From IMG/VR virus record IMGVR_UViG_3300017917_002814, positions 32,001 to 96,000 of that record: DNA of 64,000 nucleotides. One strand, given 5' to 3'. Within the stretch, counting starts at the first letter, position 1. Every line of letters starts with the position of its first letter. The notes below the pieces were generated by a model. That model saw only the letters and a list, made by a program, of their open reading frames with translations, did not search any database and was not told the DNA's origin. The position numbers and the translations under genes are program-made. Positions 47,179 to 56,723 of the stretch are shown in pieces. The stretch comes from a virus.

Positions 47179-47561
47179 GAGATTTCGGTCCTTCCGTTGC
47201 CTAAATCGTTACGATCTACTCTTCTGGGTCTCGCATCAATGGGTTGATTGGCCTCCCATTGCTCATAGTTTTCATTTAAAATATTACGACATACACTTTG
47301 AAACCATCTATCTACTATTTCGGCATCAGTATCATCTTTTTTCTGCATAAAACCGGCTTTGACCAATTTGGCCACAAACAATTCATTCCAATCTAGTTCA
47401 AAAGAACCATTGCCAACATCATCAGGATCAAGTTCCACTGCCACAACACTGACATATGGTTCTCCTGCTTCTGTAGCCAATTCCTTAGCAGTTTTGTTTT
47501 TTGCTTTAGGCTTTGGTCGTTCTTCTTTTATTTCTGGTTTCTTTTTAAGCCAATCAAACAT
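47175..47561 (-). CDS. Hypothetical protein
   Basis: GEPYV..G.FELDWN motif; ATG 47561 abuts queE stop. Confidence 0.6.
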   Translation of the reverse strand: MFDWLKKKPEIKEERPKPKAKNKTAKELATEAGEPYVSVVAVELDPDDVGNGSFELDWNELFVAKLVKAGFMQKKDDTDAEIVDRWFQSVCRNILNENYEQWEANQPIDARPRRVDRNDLGNGRTEIS

Positions 47562-48409
47562 CAGGTTCCCCATTCATTTTTAAATAACGGCACTTGCAAT
47601 CGATCGCTATATCTTAAACCATGTTTCATTGCCAGTAATGCCACTGTACGATTATTCAATGTGTAAACACTTTCTACGCCACCTACAGGCATTAGATAGA
47701 CTGATCCATGAAATCCAGCATTACGATATTGTTCCGTTGCTTTTAATGCGTCTTTGACATCTTCTTCGGTGGCTACTACAAATTTAAGATATGTATGGCC
47801 AATGGTTTGATATTGACATACAATCTCTGGACGAATAGCCTCGGCCCATGACTCACCACTGGCCGGGAGTTTTGCGCTTACACTAAATGTCACTTCTCGA
47901 GCAAAATTGGGACCAGGCATTTGCCATTGTAGCAAGTAATCTGCAAACTCATCAGATAACATTTGAGTGCCATTAGTTTCAAAAGTTATTTCTTTTAATC
48001 TTTTCATGCGAGGATGATTGAGTAAATCCTCATAACTGCGCTGCCAGCCTAGTAATGGTTCTCCACCGGTAATAACAAGATGTTCATCTTTCCACTTACC
48101 ATGTGGCAATATTTGCATAATCCGTTCTACAATCGCATCACTAGTAAGCATAGGACTTAGATCTTTGAATCTAGGATCCCATGACGCATAACTATCACAA
48201 CCTGTGCTAACTAATGGAAGTTCTTCGTACCGACTGTATTTGGCAGGATCAACATTTTCTGCTTCTATGCTTAGATGTCCGCGAGGCATACCAAACCCTG
48301 CACACTTAAAGTTGCAACCAAATGTGCGAAGAAACACACTAGGAACACCCATGTATCTACCTTCGCCTTGTATTGAATAGAAGAGTTCTGCTACTTTGAT
48401 TTTACTCAT
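47561..48409 (-). CDS. queE: 7-carboxy-7-deazaguanine synthase (radical SAM)
   Basis: ELFYSIQGEG, FLRTFGCNFKC...CDS, ITGGEP, ETNGT. Confidence 0.92.
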   Translation of the reverse strand: MSKIKVAELFYSIQGEGRYMGVPSVFLRTFGCNFKCAGFGMPRGHLSIEAENVDPAKYSRYEELPLVSTGCDSYASWDPRFKDLSPMLTSDAIVERIMQILPHGKWKDEHLVITGGEPLLGWQRSYEDLLNHPRMKRLKEITFETNGTQMLSDEFADYLLQWQMPGPNFAREVTFSVSAKLPASGESWAEAIRPEIVCQYQTIGHTYLKFVVATEEDVKDALKATEQYRNAGFHGSVYLMPVGGVESVYTLNNRTVALLAMKHGLRYSDRLQVPLFKNEWGT

Positions 48410-48412
48410 AAT

Positions 48413-48583
48413 TTACCAATGTCGAATAATACCTGCCACGATGAACAGGTTTGTTAGAATGTATACTAGCACAATAGCGGTACGGATACAAGCAATTTTA
48501 TTTGCTTCTGTATCTGTAGTGCCTGATTTTTCTCCTAGTGCTTTGGCCCAAAGACGCCAAACGTTACGCAAATAAATCTTCAT
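48413..48583 (-). CDS. Small membrane protein, 56 aa (..WRLWAKALGEK..IRT..NLFIVAGIIRHW), not in ORF track
   Basis: Fills the queD-queE gap; one TM helix. Confidence 0.65.
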   Translation of the reverse strand: MKIYLRNVWRLWAKALGEKSGTTDTEANKIACIRTAIVLVYILTNLFIVAGIIRHW

Positions 48584-49067
48584 TCCATTCTCTATGGCCT
48601 TCGCGGAAAGCCATATTGCTTTGTGTTTCTCTAACCTCTACTCGATAGCACCAAAGACGCTCTGCTTCACTTGGACCCCACATGTCTGGTATATACACAC
48701 CATTCACATATTTGTACAACATGTCTGCTAGGCCTTCACAACCTAAGCGTGGTAGTACAACAATTTTAGCCATATTCTTTTCTTGTAGCAGTTTAAATGT
48801 TTCCATTTCTGGATCGTCTTGCGCCACAATCAAAGTATGGTCAAATTGATCTTCTAAGATCTTCTTAAGTTCTTTGAGACCGCCGTAGTCGGCGGCCCAG
48901 TTACGCACATCTAAGTGATCTGTGCCAAAATAAAACTTCATCGAAAATGAATAACCGTGAATTAGATTGCAATGGCTGTCGGCACGCCATTGACGATATG
49001 CACAAGGAAATGCGTCGTGATACTCTTTGGTACTTGTATATTTGTAAACTCTTGTTGGGTAAGACAT
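48564..49067 (-). CDS. queD: 6-carboxy-5,6,7,8-tetrahydropterin synthase
   Basis: HCNLIHGY, DYGGLK, FDH, GCE, VRET. Confidence 0.9.
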   Translation of the reverse strand: MSYPTRVYKYTSTKEYHDAFPCAYRQWRADSHCNLIHGYSFSMKFYFGTDHLDVRNWAADYGGLKELKKILEDQFDHTLIVAQDDPEMETFKLLQEKNMAKIVVLPRLGCEGLADMLYKYVNGVYIPDMWGPSEAERLWCYRVEVRETQSNMAFREGHREWNEDLFA

Positions 49068-49145
49068 GTTATTCTCCTATATTAAATTTTAACATAGGCT
49101 TGCAGAATTTGTAAAGCGGGATGAATGCCAAGAAAGGCCGCTAAT
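49068..49145 (-). promoter_or_regulatory. Structured queD leader (riboswitch-like element plus SD-sequestering hairpin)
   Basis: AGCGG/CCGCU stem, UUACAAA tail, 10-bp hairpin covering AGG of the AGGAG SD. Confidence 0.5.
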
Positions 49146-49152
49146 AGATTAT

Positions 49153-49160
49153 TATTTATA
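49153..49160 (-). promoter_or_regulatory. T4-like late promoter TATAAATA
   Basis: Exact consensus, intergenic, just 5' of the queD leader. Confidence 0.6.
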
Positions 49161-49162
49161 CT

Positions 49163-49711
49163 TTAATTTTCCCACCAAGATTCCCAAGGAAAAACCACCC
49201 AACAAGGATCTTCATTTTTGTTGATATTTTGCCCTATATAATCAACATTTTTAAACTGACTGGCTTCATTGTTTACAATTACAGCGAACCGTACATTGTT
49301 ATTATAAATTACGTTCCATGCCGGATGTTTGGGTAAACAACTGCTACGCCAGTCATTTTTGATCCATTCTAGTGTAGCACCTGAATCATTTATATCATCA
49401 ACGATTAGAATTTTTTTACGATATGCCGGATCGGTGTCAGCATCACCTGATCCACGTTGGTCCTTAGGTACATAACCAAACGCATGTTCGGCCATCCAAA
49501 GATTACTTTCACTTTCGTTACCATCGCGTAGACTTACTTTTAGTGTTTCACATGGGACATCAAAATAATGACTAATCATAGCAGCCGGAGTCAACCCACC
49601 TCGAGTAATACCTACCACATAGTCAGGACGCCAATCACTGTTAGCAATGTCTCTACATAGTCTATGCATTAAACCTTTGAATTCTTGGTCTGAGATTCTG
49701 ATTTTTTTCAT
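49163..49711 (-). CDS. Purine phosphoribosyltransferase (Gpt/Hpt-like)
   Basis: GITRGG, ILIVDDINDSGAT PRPP motif, WVVFPWE. Confidence 0.88.
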   Translation of the reverse strand: MKKIRISDQEFKGLMHRLCRDIANSDWRPDYVVGITRGGLTPAAMISHYFDVPCETLKVSLRDGNESESNLWMAEHAFGYVPKDQRGSGDADTDPAYRKKILIVDDINDSGATLEWIKNDWRSSCLPKHPAWNVIYNNNVRFAVIVNNEASQFKNVDYIGQNINKNEDPCWVVFPWESWWEN

Positions 49712-49899
49712 TAGTCTCTTTCTGCCACAGTGGCTTCTTTGATAAGAGAAATCAACTCATCTAAATCTTTACATAAAATTTTAGCGGTTGCCCACTCGCT
49801 GCTTGAGTCTCTACCACTGATTTCTAACATAAATCCATTGTCATACATATAAACTGTAAAGTTGTCGTTTACTTTTTCTAGTTTGTCATTTAGTTTCAT
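49711..49899 (-). CDS. Hypothetical protein
   Basis: 62 aa; YDNGFM.E..GR motif. Confidence 0.55.
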   Translation of the reverse strand: MKLNDKLEKVNDNFTVYMYDNGFMLEISGRDSSSEWATAKILCKDLDELISLIKEATVAERD

Positions 49900-50120
49900 T
49901 TTAAACCTTTCTTTTTTTTGTCTTCCTGCATTCCTTGTGCTATCATTTTTTTAATAATCAACAGCACTCGACCTTTTTCTTTCTCCGTTAAAAATTTAAC
50001 CAATACAAGTTTATCATCATAACTTTTAGCACCATCTAAGAATTCTTCTGGTACTGTTATTTTTGGTTTTTTTGGTTTAAACTTTTTTAAATTTGCTTTT
50101 ATGTCATCATCGTCGGACAT
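49896..50120 (-). CDS. Lys-rich hypothetical protein
   Basis: 74 aa, operonic. Confidence 0.55.
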   Translation of the reverse strand: MSDDDDIKANLKKFKPKKPKITVPEEFLDGAKSYDDKLVLVKFLTEKEKGRVLLIIKKMIAQGMQEDKKKKGLK

Positions 50121-50125
50121 TCATA

Positions 50126-50803
50126 TTATTCTTTCTTATCTCCAAACAATTGAAGCAGGCTCAAGAATAGATTTATAAAGTCTAAATAGAGAGTCAATGC
50201 ACCCATAACTTCAACCGCCGGTCCATCACTTTCCATCAATTGTTCTCTAATCTTTTGAGTATCATATGCTGTTAGACCTAAAAAGATAACTACAGCCGCA
50301 GCACTTATTACTGTTTGAAGCAGAGATGATCCGATAAAGATATTTACTATACTTGTAATAATAATAGCTATTAGTGCCACAAATAGATATTTCCCCAACG
50401 AGTCTAAACTTTGTTTTGTGAAATAGCCGTAAATACTCATGGTCAAAAAAAGTATCGCAGCACCAAAGAATGCACTAGCAATACTGGCACTGGTGTAAAG
50501 TACAAAGATAGTGGCAAAACTTAGTCCCATTAGTGCAGCGAAACCAAACAGACAGGCCTTGGCTACAAATTTTGAAGGGCTATTGCCGAGTACATATCCT
50601 ACACCAAATATTGCTGCCAACGGTGCAAATATTACGACCCATTTCATAATGCCAGTAAAAAAGAATGCCATAAGTGCAGCATCTGAGGCTACCAAGGCAC
50701 TCACAATCATACTTACTATAACTGCTTGTGCCATATTATTGTATACACGAATCATACCGCTGTTAATTTCAGCAGGTGTTCTATAGGGTAATGCGTAATC
50801 CAT
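50126..50803 (-). CDS. Bax inhibitor-1/YccA family membrane protein
   Basis: About 7 TM helices, AYDTQKI, LYLDFINLF..LLQ; AAGGAG before ATG 50803. Confidence 0.9.
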   Translation of the reverse strand: MDYALPYRTPAEINSGMIRVYNNMAQAVIVSMIVSALVASDAALMAFFFTGIMKWVVIFAPLAAIFGVGYVLGNSPSKFVAKACLFGFAALMGLSFATIFVLYTSASIASAFFGAAILFLTMSIYGYFTKQSLDSLGKYLFVALIAIIITSIVNIFIGSSLLQTVISAAAVVIFLGLTAYDTQKIREQLMESDGPAVEVMGALTLYLDFINLFLSLLQLFGDKKE

Positions 50804-50813
50804 TGTAGTCTCC

Positions 50814-51509
50814 TTATCTAGGTGCAAACTCTTGTTGCAATTTTACGTTGTCAAAAAACTCTTTCTTGGTTGCCGGGTCAGCTTTAAACGCTCCTTTTAA
50901 CACGGTAGTCTGGGTGAGACTACTGTGTGCCATAATGCCCCTATTCTCGCAGCATCCATGTGTGGCCTGTATATAAACCGCCACATCTCTACTTCCAGTC
51001 GCAAACTCAATCTCCCTTGCAATGTCCATACAAAGCTCTTCCTGTAGTGTACCTCTCCTTGCACACCACTGAGCGATTCTTGTATACTTACTAAGGCCGA
51101 TGAGTTTGGGACCAGCAATGATGCCAATGTACGCCACGCCTGATACAGGTTGGTGATGATGACTGCAAACACTTTTAAGTTCTGAACGGACCACAAGCAT
51201 CCCTTCGTACTTACCGTCTGCATCATTCGGAAACGCAGTTGCGTTTGGTGTCGGATCATATCTACCTGCCATTAGTTCATTATAATACATTTTGGCAAGA
51301 CGCCTCGCTGTGCCAATACTATTAGGATCTGTTGCTCTATCAATCAACAATGTGTCTAGTACTTGTTCAAACGCCTCAGTGGCTTCGTCGATCAATTGAT
51401 CTTTGTCCTCATCCGTTACATAACTGCTGATGTTGTCACCGGCCCAGTATCTTTTGCCGTCGGCATGCATTTGCTCTCGAATTCTATCGCTTACTCGTGT
51501 GTATTTCAT
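50814..51509 (-). CDS. folE: GTP cyclohydrolase I
   Basis: T..R.AKMY, SVCSHH, GLSK..R, LQE, HGC...RG. Confidence 0.95.
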   Translation of the reverse strand: MKYTRVSDRIREQMHADGKRYWAGDNISSYVTDEDKDQLIDEATEAFEQVLDTLLIDRATDPNSIGTARRLAKMYYNELMAGRYDPTPNATAFPNDADGKYEGMLVVRSELKSVCSHHHQPVSGVAYIGIIAGPKLIGLSKYTRIAQWCARRGTLQEELCMDIAREIEFATGSRDVAVYIQATHGCCENRGIMAHSSLTQTTVLKGAFKADPATKKEFFDNVKLQQEFAPR

Positions 51510-52121
51510 TCAATCTCCAATAATTGTAATATCTCTAAGATCTGGATATTCGTGATATTTAGGCGGTTCGTTTACTGAATACAATTTTTCCAAACCATGT
51601 CTTGCATCTTCAATAGTGGGGCGATAATGGTAACCAATCTTGAAAACACGCTGTTCCTGCCACGGTTGAACCGCAAGGTCTCGACCATCATATCTCTGCT
51701 GTAATAAAAAGCCATATGCTTCCTTGTCATCTAATAGTATAGCACCACCGTGACCTATTTGTAAAGGCTTGTTATGACCAAAACTTAAACATTGCATCAT
51801 GCCCGGTCTATACATTCCCGTTTCTAATCTACGGGCACTATCCCAAATATCTGTCCCGTAAAATCTATACTCACCTGTCCATTTTTCTGGCACTAGTTCG
51901 TATTCTATACCCAACTTGTGCATGGTCATAGGAATAGATAGATAGGTATATGCGGTAAATTTAGTTCGTTTGACTTTCTTATATCTCAAACACATTTCAA
52001 TAGCATGAGTACAACAGTCGGTCATTACAGCATACGGTGCGCCAGTTTTTTTGGCCAATAACTTCTCAAATTGAGCTATTTCTTCAAACGCCACGTGTGT
52101 ACCATTTATAAGCACTATCAA
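51510..52121 (-). CDS. Short DegT-like PLP aminotransferase
   Basis: CCTHAI, WDSA, SFGHNKPL, GGAIL; about half the usual length. Confidence 0.7.
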   Translation of the reverse strand: MIVLINGTHVAFEEIAQFEKLLAKKTGAPYAVMTDCCTHAIEMCLRYKKVKRTKFTAYTYLSIPMTMHKLGIEYELVPEKWTGEYRFYGTDIWDSARRLETGMYRPGMMQCLSFGHNKPLQIGHGGAILLDDKEAYGFLLQQRYDGRDLAVQPWQEQRVFKIGYHYRPTIEDARHGLEKLYSVNEPPKYHEYPDLRDITIIGD

Positions 52122-53058
52122 CGATTTGATCTAGGGTTGAATACTTTGGTTTCCATCTAAGCAAAGTATAAGCAATATCTGCATTTGCCACTAGTTTGTC
52201 TGGGTCACCGGGTCTACGCGGACCAATTTTGACGTCTACACCACCATAATTTAAAGAAATATAATCTATAATCTCCTTATTACTAATGCCGTGTTGAGTC
52301 CCAAGATTCATAATTGCTGCATAGGTTTTATCTTGATTTGCCATCCAATCAATTGCACGTATGTGTGCATCGGCTAAATCCCAAACATGAACATAGTCTC
52401 TAACACAAGTGCCATCGGGGGTATTGTAATCTTTACCGTTCAATGTAAAAATTTTTCCTGCTAGTTTTGCTTCGAATATTCTGGCAATAATATGACTTGC
52501 TCCTGGCGCTTGTCCTAAGTCGTAGTCAAAAGGTTCAGCACCGGCTGCATTAAAATATCTGAAACATACACTAGGTATGCCGTATGCAGTATGATAATCT
52601 GATAACATACGTTCAGTTATATATTTACTTGTGCCATATGGACTAATTGGCATTTTGGGATCAGTTTCGTAGACAGGAATATTTACAGGATTACCGTACA
52701 CACTTGCACTAGAACTAAACAGCACAAGTGGTTTCTTTTTGAGATCTTTGAGACAATTTAATAATAGGACTGTTTTGGCTACATTGTTGTTATAATACTT
52801 GGCAGGATCTGCTACACTTTCACCTACAAGGGTATCTCCACCACAATGCACCACTACGTCAGGCTCAAGGTCTTGAATCCATAGCAGCGACTCTTTGCTG
52901 GAATAATCGCTGTGTAAAAAACCTTCAATATTTTTAAGAGTATGATTTCTACGTTCGCGGTCAATTACATAGATATTGTTTTTTGGATCATGTTGCTTTA
53001 AGGCTCGCGCGATATGGCTACCAATATAGCCACACCCTCCGGTTATAACAACTTTCAT
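52084..53058 (-). CDS. galE: UDP-glucose 4-epimerase
   Basis: GGCGYIGSH, VGESV..P.KYY.NN, SPYGTSK, RYFNAAGA, DGTCVRDYVHV, RRPGDP. Confidence 0.92.
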   Translation of the reverse strand: MKVVITGGCGYIGSHIARALKQHDPKNNIYVIDRERRNHTLKNIEGFLHSDYSSKESLLWIQDLEPDVVVHCGGDTLVGESVADPAKYYNNNVAKTVLLLNCLKDLKKKPLVLFSSSASVYGNPVNIPVYETDPKMPISPYGTSKYITERMLSDYHTAYGIPSVCFRYFNAAGAEPFDYDLGQAPGASHIIARIFEAKLAGKIFTLNGKDYNTPDGTCVRDYVHVWDLADAHIRAIDWMANQDKTYAAIMNLGTQHGISNKEIIDYISLNYGGVDVKIGPRRPGDPDKLVANADIAYTLLRWKPKYSTLDQIVDSAYKWYTRGV

Positions 53059-53774
53059 ATATATTTTTTTTCTTTAAGAAAAGGGATAATTATTTTGTCT
53101 ACAAACAATTTATGTTGTTCTGAAGTAGGATGAAAAGGGTCATCATCGGCAAAAGATAAATTAGAAAAGTCTCGCGCCCATTCATGTTCCCCTTTGACAG
53201 GCAAAAAATTTGATTTATCAATCAAATCATGCAAATGTGTTACATCCGCTTCTTGAGTGATACCATTATTAAAAAGATCCTCAGTTATATTACTCATAAA
53301 AAAAGGAACACGATTTAGATGTAAAAACCATTGTGTCCTAAGGATGTGTTCATAAGTGTATATCAAAGATCCAATATTGTCGTGAAATGTAGTATAGTAT
53401 AATTTACTTAGACTGTTTTTCCAACCCCAATGGAGTAAATTCCAAGATTTACTGGTTCCAGGAATAAAATGAGTAGGATTTTGTCGCCAACCATCGGAGT
53501 TTTCGGGCGTGAGTTCATCTCTAGAATAAAACTCTGATCTGTCTCTATTAGACCACATTATTCCCACTAAAATTTCATCAGGCTTATAATTTTTTAGTGC
53601 TTGAGAAACTTCGTAAATGACTTTTCTTGAAATAAGTCCATTTCCTGAACTGCCTAATCCTAATTCTTTTTTTAGAACATTTGGAAAATGATTGGCCAGA
53701 TGGACTGGCCAAGTTTGATCCCATGCTGTATCAGTAAAACTGCAACCACTAGTGATTAAAATTTTAGTTGTCAT
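53055..53774 (-). CDS. SGNH/GDSL-like protein
   Basis: GCSFT, SGN, WS...R, FHPTSEQH. Confidence 0.6.
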   Translation of the reverse strand: MTTKILITSGCSFTDTAWDQTWPVHLANHFPNVLKKELGLGSSGNGLISRKVIYEVSQALKNYKPDEILVGIMWSNRDRSEFYSRDELTPENSDGWRQNPTHFIPGTSKSWNLLHWGWKNSLSKLYYTTFHDNIGSLIYTYEHILRTQWFLHLNRVPFFMSNITEDLFNNGITQEADVTHLHDLIDKSNFLPVKGEHEWARDFSNLSFADDDPFHPTSEQHKLFVDKIIIPFLKEKKYI

Positions 53775-54967
53775 TTATACTTGTTTTCATGAGTATGACG
53801 TCTATAATCTATGCTCATACGCAACCACTGTTCGCCTTTGCCTTCGATTATGTCACAGATACGATCAATGGTACCATCATTCCACGCACTAAATTTACCC
53901 ATGTTTGCATGCGGGCGCTGGAGGAGGGGGATAAGTTTTTGTGTAGCATCTCTGAGCGACCACGGCACATAAAGTCGTTCATGATCATTTGCAAAAGCTT
54001 CGGGAAAGCTGCGGTATGCGGGGTATAAGATATTAGCCCCAAGAGCGTCCGCCTCGCTGGCAGTATTTGACACCCAATCCTGAAGAGCACAATTAAAAAG
54101 TACTCGCGTGTCGTTGAGTAGAGCGTAGTAATCATTCTTTTCAAGATCTTCATATACTGTCAGTTTACCTTCTGCTTGTAGTCTGCGTGTTCGTTCCATA
54201 TACGAACTATTATTACTACGCAACTTGCTGCCGCTGAATACACAGAACTCTACCTGAGGCCAATCGTTGTATGGCAGTGCTTGCAGTCTATGATATTCTT
54301 CAATAAGGTCCATGTAGAAGTCGGGCTGCTTCTCTTGATCCCATCTAGCAGCAAAGCCTACGCGGCAAGCTCGGTCTTCAAACCGTTTAAGTTCACCGGG
54401 CACACGACTGCGTACTTCGTCTTTACCAAACGCAAGACCGCTGATATTGTATATTGGAGCTTTCCAGCCTGCCACCTTCATGTGCATGACCATTTCTTCA
54501 TTGGTAGCAAGAATAATATCTGCAAATGAATCTACCATCTTTTCATAATGCCCCATCCATTCCTGCATGCCCCAGACATGAACAAAGTCGTCTGGGTCAA
54601 TAGTTTGTGCAAGACAACGAACGGCAATGCGAGGGCGCATGTTAGTAGGCACTTGATCAAGAATGTAAGGTAAGCTCTCGATGCCGGGTTGAAACATGTC
54701 TTCAAAGTAGATAACATCTTCATTGTTAATTTCTCCTTGTTGCATCATGCGTACAAGATTCATCAATTGGCTCATGCCAAAGTAGGTACGACCGTGTGCA
54801 TCAAGCACTTGCCCAACACTGATCTTTTGACTGTTGTCAAGATTCAGTCCTGGCACAATCCGATAATCAATACCACGACGTTCAAACACAGCACGATTCC
54901 ACTCTTGCAGTTGTAGAGTGTAACGTGCTTTATAAGGCTCTAGACCCATATACCATAACTTACGCAT
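53771..54967 (-). CDS. GT-B fold glycosyltransferase (GT4-like)
   Basis: ARWDQEKQP, ALQDWVSNTASEA..GA..LYP..RSFPE; ATG 54967 preferred. Confidence 0.7.
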   Translation of the reverse strand: MRKLWYMGLEPYKARYTLQLQEWNRAVFERRGIDYRIVPGLNLDNSQKISVGQVLDAHGRTYFGMSQLMNLVRMMQQGEINNEDVIYFEDMFQPGIESLPYILDQVPTNMRPRIAVRCLAQTIDPDDFVHVWGMQEWMGHYEKMVDSFADIILATNEEMVMHMKVAGWKAPIYNISGLAFGKDEVRSRVPGELKRFEDRACRVGFAARWDQEKQPDFYMDLIEEYHRLQALPYNDWPQVEFCVFSGSKLRSNNSSYMERTRRLQAEGKLTVYEDLEKNDYYALLNDTRVLFNCALQDWVSNTASEADALGANILYPAYRSFPEAFANDHERLYVPWSLRDATQKLIPLLQRPHANMGKFSAWNDGTIDRICDIIEGKGEQWLRMSIDYRRHTHENKYK

Positions 54968-55452
54968 TACTTTTCTCCTGTATCTGTAGCGACCTTGATA
55001 TTTAGACCGCGTAGTGAACTGGCAGGAATTTCTGCGTTTGATGCTTTCTGAGCGATCACACTGTTCCAATAGTCCTTTGGATCAATGCCCATTCCAGCAG
55101 TAGTATCTGCATATTTGAGATTGTAATCTTGCGCTCGATATCCTGGACCAGTAGGTTGTTGCATTTGATTATATGTAATAGACTGTTTTATTTTTTCAAT
55201 CTCTTGTTCTAGTCGTCGGAAGTATTGCCACTGTTCGCGCACATCTTCTTGCATTCTACGCAGCGGGCCGTGTTTCTTGACTCTTTGTTCACCTTCGTGG
55301 TCGTCGTTATCAGTCAATATGACCATCATCATGAGTTGGCGCAGGGCATTCTTGACTCTAGGATCATCACTAGTCAAGGCTTGGTCAAACATTTCAACAA
55401 AGCGTTCTAGATCGTAGTCGGCTGTGTCTTTTTCTCGCATGGCGCCGCTCAT
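54967..55452 (-). CDS. Hypothetical protein
   Basis: 161 aa, coupled to neighbours. Confidence 0.6.
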   Translation of the reverse strand: MSGAMREKDTADYDLERFVEMFDQALTSDDPRVKNALRQLMMMVILTDNDDHEGEQRVKKHGPLRRMQEDVREQWQYFRRLEQEIEKIKQSITYNQMQQPTGPGYRAQDYNLKYADTTAGMGIDPKDYWNSVIAQKASNAEIPASSLRGLNIKVATDTGEK

Positions 55453-55670
55453 TGACTGCGTTCCTTTTTAGCGTACCAATTCATTTTTGGCCATTTACCG
55501 CGTTGTGCCCGATCGAATTCGCCCCACGGAGTCTGTTGATTGTACAAATGTCGTTCATCATATGGATATCCATAAGTTACACAAAATTCACGATATCGAT
55601 CGAGGTCGTCAAAAATTTGACTGACTTCGGGTTTCATAGTCAGGTACTTCTTGAGCCATTTAGCGGCCAT
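55449..55670 (-). CDS. Hypothetical protein
   Basis: AAGGAG SD; FC..YGY.YDE..LY motif. Confidence 0.6.
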   Translation of the reverse strand: MAAKWLKKYLTMKPEVSQIFDDLDRYREFCVTYGYPYDERHLYNQQTPWGEFDRAQRGKWPKMNWYAKKERSQ

Positions 55671-55680
55671 TTTAATCTCC

Positions 55681-56130
55681 TTAGATTTTGATTGATAGAG
55701 AAGGTTGATGTGTGTTGTAAGTTATTGTACAGCCATTTTCGCCGTCCTCACTTACACTTATTGTAACATTACGTCCGGGATATCTGTTTGCAATTTGGAC
55801 ATATAGATCGTCCGCAATCATTTCACAGCTTTTGTGATCGAGTTGCAGTGTGGCTTGGTTGCCCGAATACAGTTGTTCAATCCATCGTTTGAACTGTATG
55901 AATTCGATGTCTCTGTCATTGTGATAGACATCAATGCTAATCCTAAAATGAAATATGTGCCGATGAGGATAGCCAAGGAACGATACGTCATAATAATCTC
56001 CGGTCGCAAGTAGTGGATCGGTAAGTGCTGCTGGATATTGATGTATGCCTTCTTTGGTGAAAGTAACCCAAATTTGTCTTTGGGCTTGATGTTTGATTCT
56101 TTCTACTGTTTCTCTTTGTTCTAAGTTCAT
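55681..56130 (-). CDS. dpdL: QueD-like T-fold protein, probable CDG decarboxylase DpdL
   Basis: LGYPHRHIF matches the LxxxHRHxF signature recalled for DpdL; SCEMIA, SEDGENG; lies in the deazaguanine cluster. Confidence 0.65.
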   Translation of the reverse strand: MNLEQRETVERIKHQAQRQIWVTFTKEGIHQYPAALTDPLLATGDYYDVSFLGYPHRHIFHFRISIDVYHNDRDIEFIQFKRWIEQLYSGNQATLQLDHKSCEMIADDLYVQIANRYPGRNVTISVSEDGENGCTITYNTHQPSLSIKI

Positions 56131-56723
56131 AATGAATGTAGGTTATTTAAAGTAACTTCTTTAGTATAAATTCCGTTATTCAATAAGTCAATTATTTTAA
56201 TTACCAAGTCGGCTGTGTCCATTGCATTTTGCAGTATAAATTTTGAATATAAGTTTCCGTCTAAAGTAGTTATAAAGTTAGTGTCTAGCAGTGCAGGATT
56301 TATCTGTATGACTTTAAGAAATGGATCAATTGTTCTGTTTTCATTTATTATATTTCTTTGTTTTCTTTTTTCAACAAGATATTCTTTTTCTTTGGTGTTA
56401 AAATCTTTGAAAAACGTTTCTGGTTCATCTAGTAAAAAACTTCCAATATTTACAATCAATTTTGATGAATTGCCTCTCCAACTCTTTAGAAAATATTTGA
56501 GTAATTCTGTTTGTCCAAAATTATCATATGCGTTATTTATAAACACGTCTGAATTTTTGTTATTCCATACTATTTTTGCAATAGAAGGAATTTGCCCTAT
56601 ATCGTAACCATCAATTATATCAAAACCTACTACATCTGTGCAAATGTTTTTATAATAGTATTTTAATTTTAAAAACAACGCTTCGCCTAACCCAGACCTA
56701 TGACCAGTAATGACAAATTTCAT
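56127..56723 (-). CDS. Short-chain dehydrogenase/reductase
   Basis: TGHRSGLG, FINNA, VNIGS, YLVEK (YxxxK). Confidence 0.75.
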   Translation of the reverse strand: MKFVITGHRSGLGEALFLKLKYYYKNICTDVVGFDIIDGYDIGQIPSIAKIVWNNKNSDVFINNAYDNFGQTELLKYFLKSWRGNSSKLIVNIGSFLLDEPETFFKDFNTKEKEYLVEKRKQRNIINENRTIDPFLKVIQINPALLDTNFITTLDGNLYSKFILQNAMDTADLVIKIIDLLNNGIYTKEVTLNNLHSL

